Shown here in pieces: positions 40,220 through 49,669 of a DNA stretch of 64,000 nucleotides. A program made the translations under genes and the position numbers. Source of the DNA: Candidatus Sumerlaeaceae bacterium. GTDB taxonomy: Bacteria > Sumerlaeota > Sumerlaeia > Sumerlaeales > Sumerlaeaceae. The stretch is from positions 96,001 to 160,000 of the forward strand of contig JBPCLP010000008.1 of assembly GCA_051003195.1 (NCBI GenBank), read 5' to 3'. Under the pieces are notes generated by a model. The model saw only the letters and a list, made by a program, of their open reading frames with translations, was not told where the DNA came from and ran no database searches. How positions within the stretch are numbered: position 1 is the first letter of the stretch; each line of letters opens with the position of its first letter.

Positions 40220-40834
40220 TCAGCTCCCGAAGTTCGCGGCTTCGAGATCGATCAGCTCAAGTCCGAGGCCGTGCCGCTCTATGTAAGCCTCGGTCATCGA
40301 GACCAGGTTCTGCTCCTCAAGCGGGAGCTTGAAACTTTCTTCGAACAGTTCCGCAAACTGAATTCCAGCCTTGGCCGCCGTTGAGGAGAAGAAGACCTCC
40401 TGCGTTTCGTAGTTCCACACGACTTCAAATAGCTGCGTGGTCGGGCTGACCGCCGCCAGCATTTTTTCCTTAATGGTATCGCGCAGCCCGACAGACTCCT
40501 CGCGGCTCAGCTTTCTGCCCTTCCGTTCGCGCAACTGCGCTTTGAGTGCGCTGGATAACTGGGCTTTCAGCAGCGCCGCCGGGATACTCTTGCGGTCCCA
40601 GCGGATCCCAAGCAGGATGTATTTCCCAAACAGTACCTTTTCGAGTCCAAGATGGGTATCCATCGGGTCAAAAGCATTCACCCAGCCGATGGAGAACTCG
40701 GGATTGCGCTGCGGTTGAATCTCACGGAAAGCATGCCGGGGCAACGTTTGAACCAGAGTTTCTTTGAAGTTCTTCGGCAGTTCGTCTGGGATGCGGTACT
40801 TCTTGTATGTAAAGGTGCCACTCAGCAGCGCCAC
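40220..40834 (-). CDS. RdgC-like recombination-associated protein (short form)
   Basis: ALLSGTFTYKKYRI, SIGW, RWDRKSIPAALLK, FEESF. Confidence 0.7.
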   Translation of the reverse strand: MALLSGTFTYKKYRIPDELPKNFKETLVQTLPRHAFREIQPQRNPEFSIGWVNAFDPMDTHLGLEKVLFGKYILLGIRWDRKSIPAALLKAQLSSALKAQLRERKGRKLSREESVGLRDTIKEKMLAAVSPTTQLFEVVWNYETQEVFFSSTAAKAGIQFAELFEESFKLPLEEQNLVSMTEAYIERHGLGLELIDLEAANFGS

Positions 40835-41034
40835 GTCTCGGGCTTTCCAGCATATCAGGGTTGGGCAACTCTCTCCGTCTGTACGTGCTCACGCAACCGA
40901 AAACGGGGCTCACCAACGTGGCGTCGCCTTCAGAGGCCGGAAACATCGGGCTTGATCCCTCGAACCCGCCTGTAACAACTAGGCAGAGCGTCTACAATAA
41001 TCCCGTTCCCACTGCTGACTGAGGAGATGCTGCT

Positions 41035-42477
41035 GTGAAGTGCCGTTTTGTCGTAATGATTACGTCGATTTTGGTGGTTGTGCCGGGAAGCATTGGCTTT
41101 TTGAAAGCGGCTGAAACGGAAAACGTTTCCGCTTTAGACAAAGCAGCTCTCCCAGCGAAGAAGTCCAGGCCTGCGAGCACGAAGGTGCAGTCCCCGCAAA
41201 AGCCGTCGCCCGCAACTGCGACGAAAGCTGCTACCGCAGGTGTCGCTGCAGCGGCTGCAGCGACACCTGCGGTTTTAAATCTTGGCGCGGTTCGCCCCGG
41301 CAACCTGGTCCTTCCCCAGCTCGCGATACAGTTTGCCGGCGGTGACATCGCCAATCGGGTGCAGTTTGATCTCACTCTGGCTGACATTGCAATTGCGCCA
41401 CTTCAGAACGATGCGGCTGCGGCCGCAGCTGAAAAAGATCGGCAGCAGGGTACTGGCGTCGACTACGACGGATGGACGGTTGCAAACGTAAGCTACGTAT
41501 TACGGGGTGTTCTCGCGGAGGGCTCCGCCCAGGCAGAACTCTTCGACATCGCCTCGCGCCGTCGGGTTTTTGGCCAAAGCTATACCGGCCCGGCCACACA
41601 GGACCAAGTGTCCCTGGCCCACCGCATCGCCGACGATGTAATCCACGCGATCACCGGACAGACCGGGATCTTCTCTTCGCAGATCGCTTATCTTGGAGAT
41701 TTCAACGGCGGTATCAAAGAAGTGATGGTGATCGACGCCGACGGCCAGCGCGCGCGTCAGCTCACCAACGAAAGATCTCTCGTCGCATCACCGGCGTGGG
41801 GTCGGGTCGGACAGGAAGTCTTTTTCACCTCCTACCGCGAAAACAATCCCGACTTGTACGGCATTACACTGGACGGCCGGCGATTTCAGGTTAGCCGACG
41901 TCCGGGCCTTAATACGGCTCCTTCCTGGAGTGATGCGGCGCAGCGCCTTGCAGTCGCGTTATCCAAGGACGGCAACTCGGAGATCTATACGATGGGCCCC
42001 GACGGGCGAAACCTCGCACGCCTCACACGAACCGGGGCCGATGTCTCTGACACTTCGCCCGACTGGAATGCGGACGGAACTCAAATTTCCTATACGTCTG
42101 ACGACACCGGCCAGCCGGGCATCTATGTTATGAATGCCGATGGTAGCGGAAACCGGCGCATCACCTCAGGAGGCTATTTCGATTCGGTATCCTGGAGTCC
42201 GGACGGCAAGCGTCTCGCGTATGTTGCCCGTGAAGGCGGCGCATTTAACGTGTACATGCTGGACCTTTCCACAAACGCGCCGGTCCGCCTGACGCAGAAC
42301 CAGGGGGATAACACAGATCCTTGCTGGGGTCCGGATTCACGGCACCTGGTTTTTGCGAGTACCCGCGGCACGGGCCGCAATATTTACATGATGCACACCG
42401 ACACTCGCGTAGCAAAGCCGCTGACCCGCGGCGGAAACTGCAGTTCACCAGTATGGGGACCCGCACGGAAGCAATAA
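41035..42477 (+). CDS. tolB: TolB-like beta-propeller protein
   Basis: AHRIADD...TGQTGIFSSQIAY; PD40 repeats (SPAW, APSWS, WSPDG); FTSY, SKDGNSEIY. Confidence 0.85.
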   Translation: MKCRFVVMITSILVVVPGSIGFLKAAETENVSALDKAALPAKKSRPASTKVQSPQKPSPATATKAATAGVAAAAAATPAVLNLGAVRPGNLVLPQLAIQFAGGDIANRVQFDLTLADIAIAPLQNDAAAAAAEKDRQQGTGVDYDGWTVANVSYVLRGVLAEGSAQAELFDIASRRRVFGQSYTGPATQDQVSLAHRIADDVIHAITGQTGIFSSQIAYLGDFNGGIKEVMVIDADGQRARQLTNERSLVASPAWGRVGQEVFFTSYRENNPDLYGITLDGRRFQVSRRPGLNTAPSWSDAAQRLAVALSKDGNSEIYTMGPDGRNLARLTRTGADVSDTSPDWNADGTQISYTSDDTGQPGIYVMNADGSGNRRITSGGYFDSVSWSPDGKRLAYVAREGGAFNVYMLDLSTNAPVRLTQNQGDNTDPCWGPDSRHLVFASTRGTGRNIYMMHTDTRVAKPLTRGGNCSSPVWGPARKQ

Positions 42478-42529
42478 GCGCGAATAACCTTTGCGGTACA
42501 AAGTACTAGTTGCCGCAGAGGATATGCGA

Positions 42530-43381
42530 ATGAAAGTGGTTCGTGCGGCTGAAATGGGAATGTGTTTCGGCGTTCGGGATGCGTTGGAAATTGCCTCCCG
42601 GATTCAAAATCCGGCTCAGGTCACTATTTACGGAGAGCTGGTACACAACCCCGCGGTTTCAAAGCAACTGAGCGAACGCGGTTTCCAATTCCTGCCGGAG
42701 ACAGGTAGAGATGTAATTCCCTCCACGAGCGCGGTAATGGTGACTGCGCATGGCATCAGTGAGCGAACACGCTACGCAATCGAATCCTCTGGTAAGACAA
42801 TATTCGATACCACATGCCCACTGGTGCGCCGGGCCCATGACGCAGCACTCCGCTTACATGCTGCCGGCTATTTCGTCATTGTGATCGGTAGAGACGGACA
42901 TGTGGAAGTCACTGGTCTCACCGAGGACCTCAACCACTTCGTCATAATAAGTGACGTCACCCAGGCAGTGCCGCTGCCGTACGCGAAACTTGGAGTTATT
43001 TGCCAGACCACCACTCAGCCGACGCTTGCTCGCGAGATCATCGCCGCGATTCGCTTCAACAATCCAGATGCCGAGATTAAAGTGATTGATACGATCTGCC
43101 GGCCTACGCGCGAGCGGCAGGTCGCCATGCGCGAGCTTCTCCCGCTGGTGGATGCGGTTGTCGTCGTCGGTGGTACACATTCGAACAACACGCGTCAGCT
43201 CGCAACGATGGCGCAGCAGCACGGTGTTCCAGTTTGCCATGTCCAATCCGCAGCCGAACTGCGCGAGGAATGGTTCGCCGGGATGCAGACCATTGGGCTG
43301 ACTGCGGGCACGTCGACGTTGGACGCGACGATTGATGAAGTTGAGTTCGTTTTGGAAGCTATTGAGGCGGGCTGCTTTTGA
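42530..43381 (+). CDS. ispH: 4-hydroxy-3-methylbut-2-enyl diphosphate reductase
   Basis: GMCFGV, LVHN, AHG, DTTCP, QTT, TIC, SNNT, TAGTST. Confidence 0.95.
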   Translation: MKVVRAAEMGMCFGVRDALEIASRIQNPAQVTIYGELVHNPAVSKQLSERGFQFLPETGRDVIPSTSAVMVTAHGISERTRYAIESSGKTIFDTTCPLVRRAHDAALRLHAAGYFVIVIGRDGHVEVTGLTEDLNHFVIISDVTQAVPLPYAKLGVICQTTTQPTLAREIIAAIRFNNPDAEIKVIDTICRPTRERQVAMRELLPLVDAVVVVGGTHSNNTRQLATMAQQHGVPVCHVQSAAELREEWFAGMQTIGLTAGTSTLDATIDEVEFVLEAIEAGCF

Positions 43382-43382
43382 A

Positions 43383-43649
43383 CTACCAGTTACGCGACGG
43401 AGCACCAGGCTCGGCCTCTGGCACCAGCGACTCCAGCAGGTTGTTGGAGCAAGGGCGGTTCGTGAGCGGAAGTGTAAAAAGTGGTAACTTCACGCAGGGG
43501 ATCGCCAGTTTTGACGGTTCGTCGCGTCCGTCCTCCTGCTGTTGCTGAACCTGCGCAGCGCAGCCGGAAAACGTAAGGGCTATGCATCCAAGCACGCACC
43601 ATGTCCCCACCTGCCGCCAGCGCGGATCTACAAAACTGCGGTACAACAT
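43383..43649 (-). CDS. Possible small lipoprotein
   Basis: Lipobox-like ALTFSGC; fills an intergenic gap; weak support. Confidence 0.35.
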   Translation of the reverse strand: MLYRSFVDPRWRQVGTWCVLGCIALTFSGCAAQVQQQQEDGRDEPSKLAIPCVKLPLFTLPLTNRPCSNNLLESLVPEAEPGAPSRNW

Positions 43650-43775
43650 GACCGGACTCTCGCAAACGCGGAGCAAAGCTGTCCACTCGAAAGAGCCGAC
43701 CACGGTCGATTGCATTTAATGCATTGCAGCGCTTCTTAGCTTGAACGGCTGTCTCTTCACTTCAACTCAGTACCT

Positions 43776-44702
43776 ATGACTGAGGTGAGGTGTACCGAAA
43801 TCGCTTATGCGGGCTGGCCCCATTGCCTGCGGCTGAGCAATGGCAGCATGGAGCTCCTCGTAACAACGGACGTCGGACCGCGGATCCTGCGTTGCGGTTT
43901 TGCAGGGGATGCCAATCTGTTTTTTGAAGCCGAGTCGGATCTTGGAAGGACGGGTGGCGACACCTGGCGTCCCTACGGTGGTCACCGGCTCTGGCATGCG
44001 CCAGAGGCCGTTCCCCGTACGTATGCCCCAGACAACGCGCCGGTCGACCACTCGTGGGACGGGAAGGTGCTGTCGCTGCGTCAGCCCCCCGAGATCTCTA
44101 CCGGGATTTCGAAAGAGATTTGTGTGAGCATGTCTGCTGCAAGGGATCATGTGCGGGTGACGCATCGAATGACGAACAATAACCTGTGGGCGATCACCAC
44201 CGCTGCGTGGTGTCTGACCGTAGTGGCACCCGGAGGACGCGCCATGCTTCCGCAGGAACCATTCGTTCCGTTTCCCGAGAAGCTGCTCCCGGCACGACCA
44301 TTGGTGCTCTGGTCGTACACGAATATGGCAGATCCACGTTTTACATGGGGGCGCCGCTGCATTCAACTGTGGCAGCACCCCAACGCCACCGACTGCCAGA
44401 AAATAGGCCTGCTTAACAGCGCAGGCTGGGGCGCATACGAACTAAATGGCAGCGTGTTCCTGAAGCACGCTGCGTTTATCGACGGACAGGAGTATCCCGA
44501 CTTCGGATGTAACTGGGAGCTCTACACAAATCCTGCCATGCTGGAACTGGAAACGCTTAGTCCTTACACCACCATCGCGCCGGGCGAGACATTGGAGCAC
44601 ACGGAGAACTGGTGCGTTGCGCGCCTGGCTCTCGACTCTGACGAAGAGGCGATGGTGCAGCAGCTCCATTCACTCATGGAATTTCCAGCCGATAACCGCT
44701 AA
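43776..44702 (+). CDS. Hypothetical protein (DUF4380/galactose-mutarotase-like)
   Basis: LSNG...DVGPRI, YGGHRLWHAPE, YPDFGC..E.Y, ELETLSP. Confidence 0.75.
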   Translation: MTEVRCTEIAYAGWPHCLRLSNGSMELLVTTDVGPRILRCGFAGDANLFFEAESDLGRTGGDTWRPYGGHRLWHAPEAVPRTYAPDNAPVDHSWDGKVLSLRQPPEISTGISKEICVSMSAARDHVRVTHRMTNNNLWAITTAAWCLTVVAPGGRAMLPQEPFVPFPEKLLPARPLVLWSYTNMADPRFTWGRRCIQLWQHPNATDCQKIGLLNSAGWGAYELNGSVFLKHAAFIDGQEYPDFGCNWELYTNPAMLELETLSPYTTIAPGETLEHTENWCVARLALDSDEEAMVQQLHSLMEFPADNR

Positions 44703-47700
44703 GCCGCTGGCCTGCTGAAAGCGACAACTGGCCTGCCGATATAAACACAGGATCGAGCGCAGTGGAGTACTGTATTTCGTACACACCAGCAGGCAAATAC
44801 GGGATATTGAACTTGCCGGACGTGCCGGTGGTTCCGGTGCGGATGAGCAGATTGTATACAGCCGCGGGCAGGGGATTCGTTGCGGGGTCCGGGCGCAGAC
44901 GCACTTTCACACCCGGCGCCGCAGTTCCGGTTGGGCCCACGGCTATTCCGCCCAGGTAACTCGCTCCGAGTGGAAGACCGACGGTGTTTTCGCCCTTGGA
45001 AATTTCCACCTGTTCCCAGAACGCAAACGTTCCGCCAGCGCTTCCGGTCACCACGGCAATATAGGTTCCATGCGGGATGTTGCTGATGGTAAACAATGCG
45101 CCGCGCGCAGTCGCATCGTAATGAAGCTCCGGCATCACGCGGGCGTTTTCATCGAGTGGATAAAGTCGTATCATGCCGCTTTTCACGGCTGCTCCATCGG
45201 GCGGAACCAGGGTGCCCTGCACGGTTGCATCCAGTGCCAGCACAAAGTTGCGAAGTGTCGATTCGTCCTCACGAACTTCGACAAAAGCATACGCATAGAT
45301 GCTTCGCCCGCCCACTATTGCGCGTATTACTACGGTGCGTCTGCCGGGCGCAATGCCCCGCAAAAGATAATTTCCGCCAAGGTCCGTGCGCGAGGTATCA
45401 CGGCCGGTTTTTTCGTCGCGGATTATCACAGTCGCGCTGTACACCGGCCTGCCCTGTCCATCCACCACCTGCCCGTGCACTTCGCCTCCGGGTTGCATCT
45501 GCACCTCGCCAACATCGGTCGGCTGAGCGCGTGCCACAGCAACGCGAGCCAGCCGCAGGCTGCTGTACGACGGATGTTCAAATTCAAGTGTGTACTGCCC
45601 GGGGGCGGTCCCGCCGACATTAAATCTCCCGGAGTAATCCGTCTTTGCCGTGGACGTCACATTTGCCCGCACACGCGCAACCGGTCGAAAAATGCGATTG
45701 GGATCCAGGTCGGCGTTATAATCGAACCACGCATCCAGCCATTCCATAACGTCCTGACGTGAATAGGCACCGAGTTCCAGGCGGTTCACGGTTATCGTCT
45801 CTGGCCTGGCCGTATCGAGTACCCGGATGATGCAGTTGCTGACTGGATTGCCGGTTGTGGCGCTCACCACCGTGCCGACGATTCCGCTGGCGCTCTTAAG
45901 CCGCACTGTTGGCAGATCCGTATGTAACCCGGGCCCTACCACAATACTTTCGGAGCGATATAGTTCATATCCGTCCGCTCGTATTTCCAGCGTGTAAATT
46001 CCGCGTGGCACTTGAAGAACACGGAATTGACCGTGCGCGCTGGTCAAAGACCGCTCCATATTGAAACGGAAATCCTGCGGCGGGTTCGTGTCAGTCCTGG
46101 AGCGGAGAGCCAGCTTAAAGCGGTCCACCCGCTTTCCGTCATTCCCGATAATTTCTCCACGCAATGCGGGCTCTACATCACAGTCGATCGGCAGAGTCAG
46201 GACGCCTGATTTCACGCGGGGTGCGATGAATGTGTACTGTTGAACACCGTCGGGCGTCGTGAGAGGGAAACCTGCCTCAACCCTGAAGAAGCCCTGGCTA
46301 AGGCTTCCGATATTGAATTCGCCCTTTTTGTTCGTGACCGATGACGCGAATCCGGTGGCTTTCTCCAGCGGCGTTGCGCTCACTTTTGCACCCGCGATTG
46401 GCTTACCATGGAAGTCCCCCACCACGCCGGCAATCCTGGTCGCCGCCTGAAGTTTAAAATCGAACTTGTTAAGCAGTGCACCTTCTTTAATGGTGCCACT
46501 ACGCACCTGCGTTACATACTCCGGGCGCGACGCAGTGACTCGCATGCTTCCTGGCGTGCAATGTTCGAGCAGGTAGACGCCATCGGACCCGCTCTGGACA
46601 CTGAAGCCCGATGGCGACGGATCCCCAAGGAATTCGCGACTCTCGAAGATTATCTTCGCCTGGTTCAACGGCTTGCCGGCTGTGTCCATGATCTTGCCCA
46701 TGACGACGCCACCCGCGCTCAGCGTAATGTTCGTCAGCGCGTTGGGCCGATGAGCCGTGAGATCGATAAGTGTGCTGCGCCCCTTTGCATATCCGGGTTT
46801 TGAAGCGCTGCAATAGAGCTGCACCCGTTCCGAAAGCGGGAAGCCGCGGATGACAAACCGGCCGCCGCCATCCGTCATGGTGTGTAAGTCTTTGACGCTG
46901 AAACTGGAAAGCGTTGTCGAAGCGACGAACAATTGAACTTCGGCCTCCGCAAGGCCTTCGTGCTCCGCATTTCTCACGTAGCCTTCAACACTTCCGCCAC
47001 GGCTCATGGGAACGATGATCTGGTCCTGTCGTTCGCCGGGTTGGAGACTAACCGTCAGATTGGCGCCTCCGGCATCGGACGAAAGGTAGCCGTCGGCTTT
47101 TCCAACCAGCGAATGCGAACCGCCTGGCAGCCGCTCAAAAGAAAACTCTCCATCCTCATCGGCTGTAACCGTGAACGTTCGCGAGCGGATATTCAAGTAT
47201 CCGTAAGTCGCGTTTGCAGTGATCGTTGCTTTGCTTACAGGCAGGTCAGTTGCCGTGTCGATCGTTTTCCCCGCGATACGCAACGCTTCGTAAACCTCGA
47301 CCAGCACTCCAGTCGTCGCGCGATCCTTCACGGATGTCACGAGCGGACGGGGCTCGCTGACAAGATGGTCGTAGTCGACGCTGATTCTGTAGTGGCCATA
47401 GGGTAGATGCTCGAATTTCCAGTTTCCGTCCGCATTGCTCATTACCTGCGTCGTAAAAGTCGTGCCCTGGATAACGGCCTGTGCACCAAGCCGCACGTGC
47501 GCAGCAGTAGTCGGTCGATCGATGTACAGTGCTCGCCCGGAAATTTCTCCTCCGCGTTCGAGAACCCAGATCAGGTCGTGAGACTCGGCTGGTATGCGCT
47601 TAAAAACAGCAGTCGCGTAGGATGGGTGCTCCACCTGCACATCATAATTCGCACCGGCAAGGAGCTGCTTCAATGCGAATGCCCCCGTAGTGTCGCTGCT

Positions 47701-48636
47701 GGACGCCACACTAGCCGTTGTTATACGGTCGGCCTCGCCATAGTAGCGGTACGCCAAAATCTTTAACGTTGCGCTGGAGACCGGGGTTTGTTGTTCGTCG
47801 AAAATTCTCCCGGTGATCGCTGCAGGGCGGCGCAGCACGATTTCCAAAGGCTCTTTAGGCCCACCGGCCGGAACTTCAATGTCGTGCTGGACTGGTGCAT
47901 AACCCTCCAGCGAGAAAACAAACCGGTTTGGCCCCAGCGCAATATCGTCCATTAAAAACTCGCCGCGCTCGTCGGTCTCTTGTGGCGCATACGCGGCGTT
48001 ATTGACGTAAGTGGTTGCGCCGCTCGCAAGGTGCTCAAGCCGCCGCCTTTCCGCCGTGATTTGCACAGCGGACAAGGGTTGTCGCTCTTCATCAAGTATT
48101 CGCCCCTTCACGGTAGACCGGGCCGCCAGGATGATCCGAACTTCGGCGGCAGGACTGTTGGCCAATGCGATAATTCGTGTGACAAACCTCGCATACTGCG
48201 GATGCGAAACGCTTACTTCATAAGTACCCGGCGCCACTTGCGCTCCGACGCTACCTGAAGAGCCACTGCTGAGTTGCACCGCTTTGCCCGCAGCCGAGGC
48301 ATTCCTCAATTCAATGCGCGCATCTTTTACCGGAAGCTGCCGATCGTTGACGATCACCAGCTGAACCGCTGCATCGGATTCAGGTTTAGTAGCTTGTTTG
48401 GACTGCTGCCGGGGCGAAACAGATTTCTTTGATACCTGCCGGACCGGTGCACTCTTCCACAGGTCTGCGATTCGCGTACGGGTATTTCGCAACAGCCTCC
48501 CGGCAGTCGTCTGCTGTGGTTCGTCCTCAGAATCGGTCGGTACGCTGACCAGCCACCAGAAGGCGCACAGCAACAATACAGCTCCCGTAAGAATGAGCAG
48601 CGTGCGTGTGACACCGGATGGGACAAGTGCGCGCAT
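44674..48636 (-). CDS. Membrane-anchored protein with tandem carboxypeptidase-regulatory-like (beta-sandwich) domains
   Basis: N-terminal TM; many G.(I/V).G...D..G.P....V / TD..G.F....L..G.Y repeats over 1320 aa. Confidence 0.85.
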   Translation of the reverse strand: MRALVPSGVTRTLLILTGAVLLLCAFWWLVSVPTDSEDEPQQTTAGRLLRNTRTRIADLWKSAPVRQVSKKSVSPRQQSKQATKPESDAAVQLVIVNDRQLPVKDARIELRNASAAGKAVQLSSGSSGSVGAQVAPGTYEVSVSHPQYARFVTRIIALANSPAAEVRIILAARSTVKGRILDEERQPLSAVQITAERRRLEHLASGATTYVNNAAYAPQETDERGEFLMDDIALGPNRFVFSLEGYAPVQHDIEVPAGGPKEPLEIVLRRPAAITGRIFDEQQTPVSSATLKILAYRYYGEADRITTASVASSSDTTGAFALKQLLAGANYDVQVEHPSYATAVFKRIPAESHDLIWVLERGGEISGRALYIDRPTTAAHVRLGAQAVIQGTTFTTQVMSNADGNWKFEHLPYGHYRISVDYDHLVSEPRPLVTSVKDRATTGVLVEVYEALRIAGKTIDTATDLPVSKATITANATYGYLNIRSRTFTVTADEDGEFSFERLPGGSHSLVGKADGYLSSDAGGANLTVSLQPGERQDQIIVPMSRGGSVEGYVRNAEHEGLAEAEVQLFVASTTLSSFSVKDLHTMTDGGGRFVIRGFPLSERVQLYCSASKPGYAKGRSTLIDLTAHRPNALTNITLSAGGVVMGKIMDTAGKPLNQAKIIFESREFLGDPSPSGFSVQSGSDGVYLLEHCTPGSMRVTASRPEYVTQVRSGTIKEGALLNKFDFKLQAATRIAGVVGDFHGKPIAGAKVSATPLEKATGFASSVTNKKGEFNIGSLSQGFFRVEAGFPLTTPDGVQQYTFIAPRVKSGVLTLPIDCDVEPALRGEIIGNDGKRVDRFKLALRSRTDTNPPQDFRFNMERSLTSAHGQFRVLQVPRGIYTLEIRADGYELYRSESIVVGPGLHTDLPTVRLKSASGIVGTVVSATTGNPVSNCIIRVLDTARPETITVNRLELGAYSRQDVMEWLDAWFDYNADLDPNRIFRPVARVRANVTSTAKTDYSGRFNVGGTAPGQYTLEFEHPSYSSLRLARVAVARAQPTDVGEVQMQPGGEVHGQVVDGQGRPVYSATVIIRDEKTGRDTSRTDLGGNYLLRGIAPGRRTVVIRAIVGGRSIYAYAFVEVREDESTLRNFVLALDATVQGTLVPPDGAAVKSGMIRLYPLDENARVMPELHYDATARGALFTISNIPHGTYIAVVTGSAGGTFAFWEQVEISKGENTVGLPLGASYLGGIAVGPTGTAAPGVKVRLRPDPATNPLPAAVYNLLIRTGTTGTSGKFNIPYLPAGVYEIQYSTALDPVFISAGQLSLSAGQRLSGYRLEIP

Positions 48637-48739
48637 AGATCAAAGAGCGGATACCACCACCCACAGTGCGTTGTTTCCAGCATATAAGAAGAGTTGCGGT
48701 CCAAGAGACTCGACTCCGTCGGCTGCGCTCCTGCTAAAT

Positions 48740-48769
48740 AAAAGAAACGCAGGCCAAACGGCCTGCGTT
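48740..48769 (-). terminator. Rho-independent terminator downstream of csbD-like gene
   Basis: Minus strand aacgcaggcc-gttt-ggcctgcgtt-tctttt. Confidence 0.75.
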
Positions 48770-48793
48770 ATCACATGAAGCTTTAAAGTTCGA

Positions 48794-48892
48794 CCAGCGT
48801 GCCGAATCCGTAGTTCTTACCACCTCACAGGGCAGACTTGACCTCGATTCGGCACACTGAACAGATTACGAACTAACGGTCGACCTTACTAG
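48794..48892 (-). repeat. ~100-bp element, copy 6
   Basis: ccagcgtgccgaatccg...gattcggcacactgaacagattacgaactaacggtcgaccttactag; CTAG is the CsbD stop. Confidence 0.85.
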
Positions 48893-49071
48893 CGATCGAT
48901 CTCCTTCGCTATATTATGTTTAACGTCGCCAAACGTTTTCTGAACCTTGCCCTTCAGTTCCTGGCCGGCTCCCTCGTCCTGCTGGTCCAGGTCACCTGAG
49001 TTCCGCCCGGTCGACTGTTTTACTTTTCCGATGACTTCCTCAACCCGGCCTTTAATCTGGTCTTTGTTCAT
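48889..49071 (-). CDS. CsbD family general stress protein
   Basis: MNKDQIKGRVEEVIGKVKQSTG...EG....KGKVQKTFGDVK. Confidence 0.9.
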   Translation of the reverse strand: MNKDQIKGRVEEVIGKVKQSTGRNSGDLDQQDEGAGQELKGKVQKTFGDVKHNIAKEIDR

Positions 49072-49159
49072 GGTTAGATTTCCGCCTTTCAATGTATGTA
49101 CCTCAGGCTTTTACTAACTCCACTTCCGTGCCAGCCCACACCGATAATTTCAAAATAAT

Positions 49160-49175
49160 TGGCACGATAATCGCA
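49160..49175 (+). promoter_or_regulatory. Putative sigma54 promoter for the DUF3309 gene
   Basis: TGGCACGATAATCGCA (GG-N10-GC); a divergent near-match TGGCACGGAAGTGGAG at 49118-49133 faces the csbD-like gene. Confidence 0.55.
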
Positions 49176-49239
49176 TTCAAAAGCGCCCGTGCGCAGTATG
49201 ACACATTTAGAAGGTTAGAAGGTTAACAAGGAGCGTAAT

Positions 49240-49398
49240 ATGAGCGTTGGAACAATCCTCCTCATCGTGCTGGTGCTGATACTGATCGGAGCAATCCCCG
49301 CGTGGCCGCATAGCCGCAGCTGGGGATACGCTCCCGGCGGCATCATCGGAGTGATCCTCGTGGTCGTCCTGATCCTGGTGCTGATGGGTCGTATTTAA
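49240..49398 (+). CDS. DUF3309 family small membrane protein (52 aa)
   Basis: MSVGTILLIVLVLILIGAIPAWPHSRSWGYAPGGIIGVILVVVLILVLMGRI*; AAGGAG RBS; not in the ORF track. Confidence 0.9.
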   Translation: MSVGTILLIVLVLILIGAIPAWPHSRSWGYAPGGIIGVILVVVLILVLMGRI

Positions 49399-49445
49399 GG
49401 TAGTAAGTTTCGGGCAGGACTTCGTTCCCAGGCCTTGTCCGGGAG

Positions 49446-49474
49446 GCCCTGGAGCCTTGCGCTCTGGGGCTTTT
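49446..49474 (+). terminator. Probable rho-independent terminator
   Basis: gccctggagc-cttgc-gctctggggc-tttt. Confidence 0.6.
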
Positions 49475-49669
49475 GTGCGCATGCCGCTCCCTATGTTGAA
49501 CGTACGCGAGCGGCAGTGCGACAGTGGTGCAAAACCAGCAGATTAATGGCGGCGTATGGCAGAGCCTTGGGACATTCTACCTGCTCAGCGGTACAAACAG
49601 CGTGAAGCTCTCATGCTGGACAACGACCGGCTATGTAGTCATGGCAGACGCTATTCGCGTGGTCGCACG

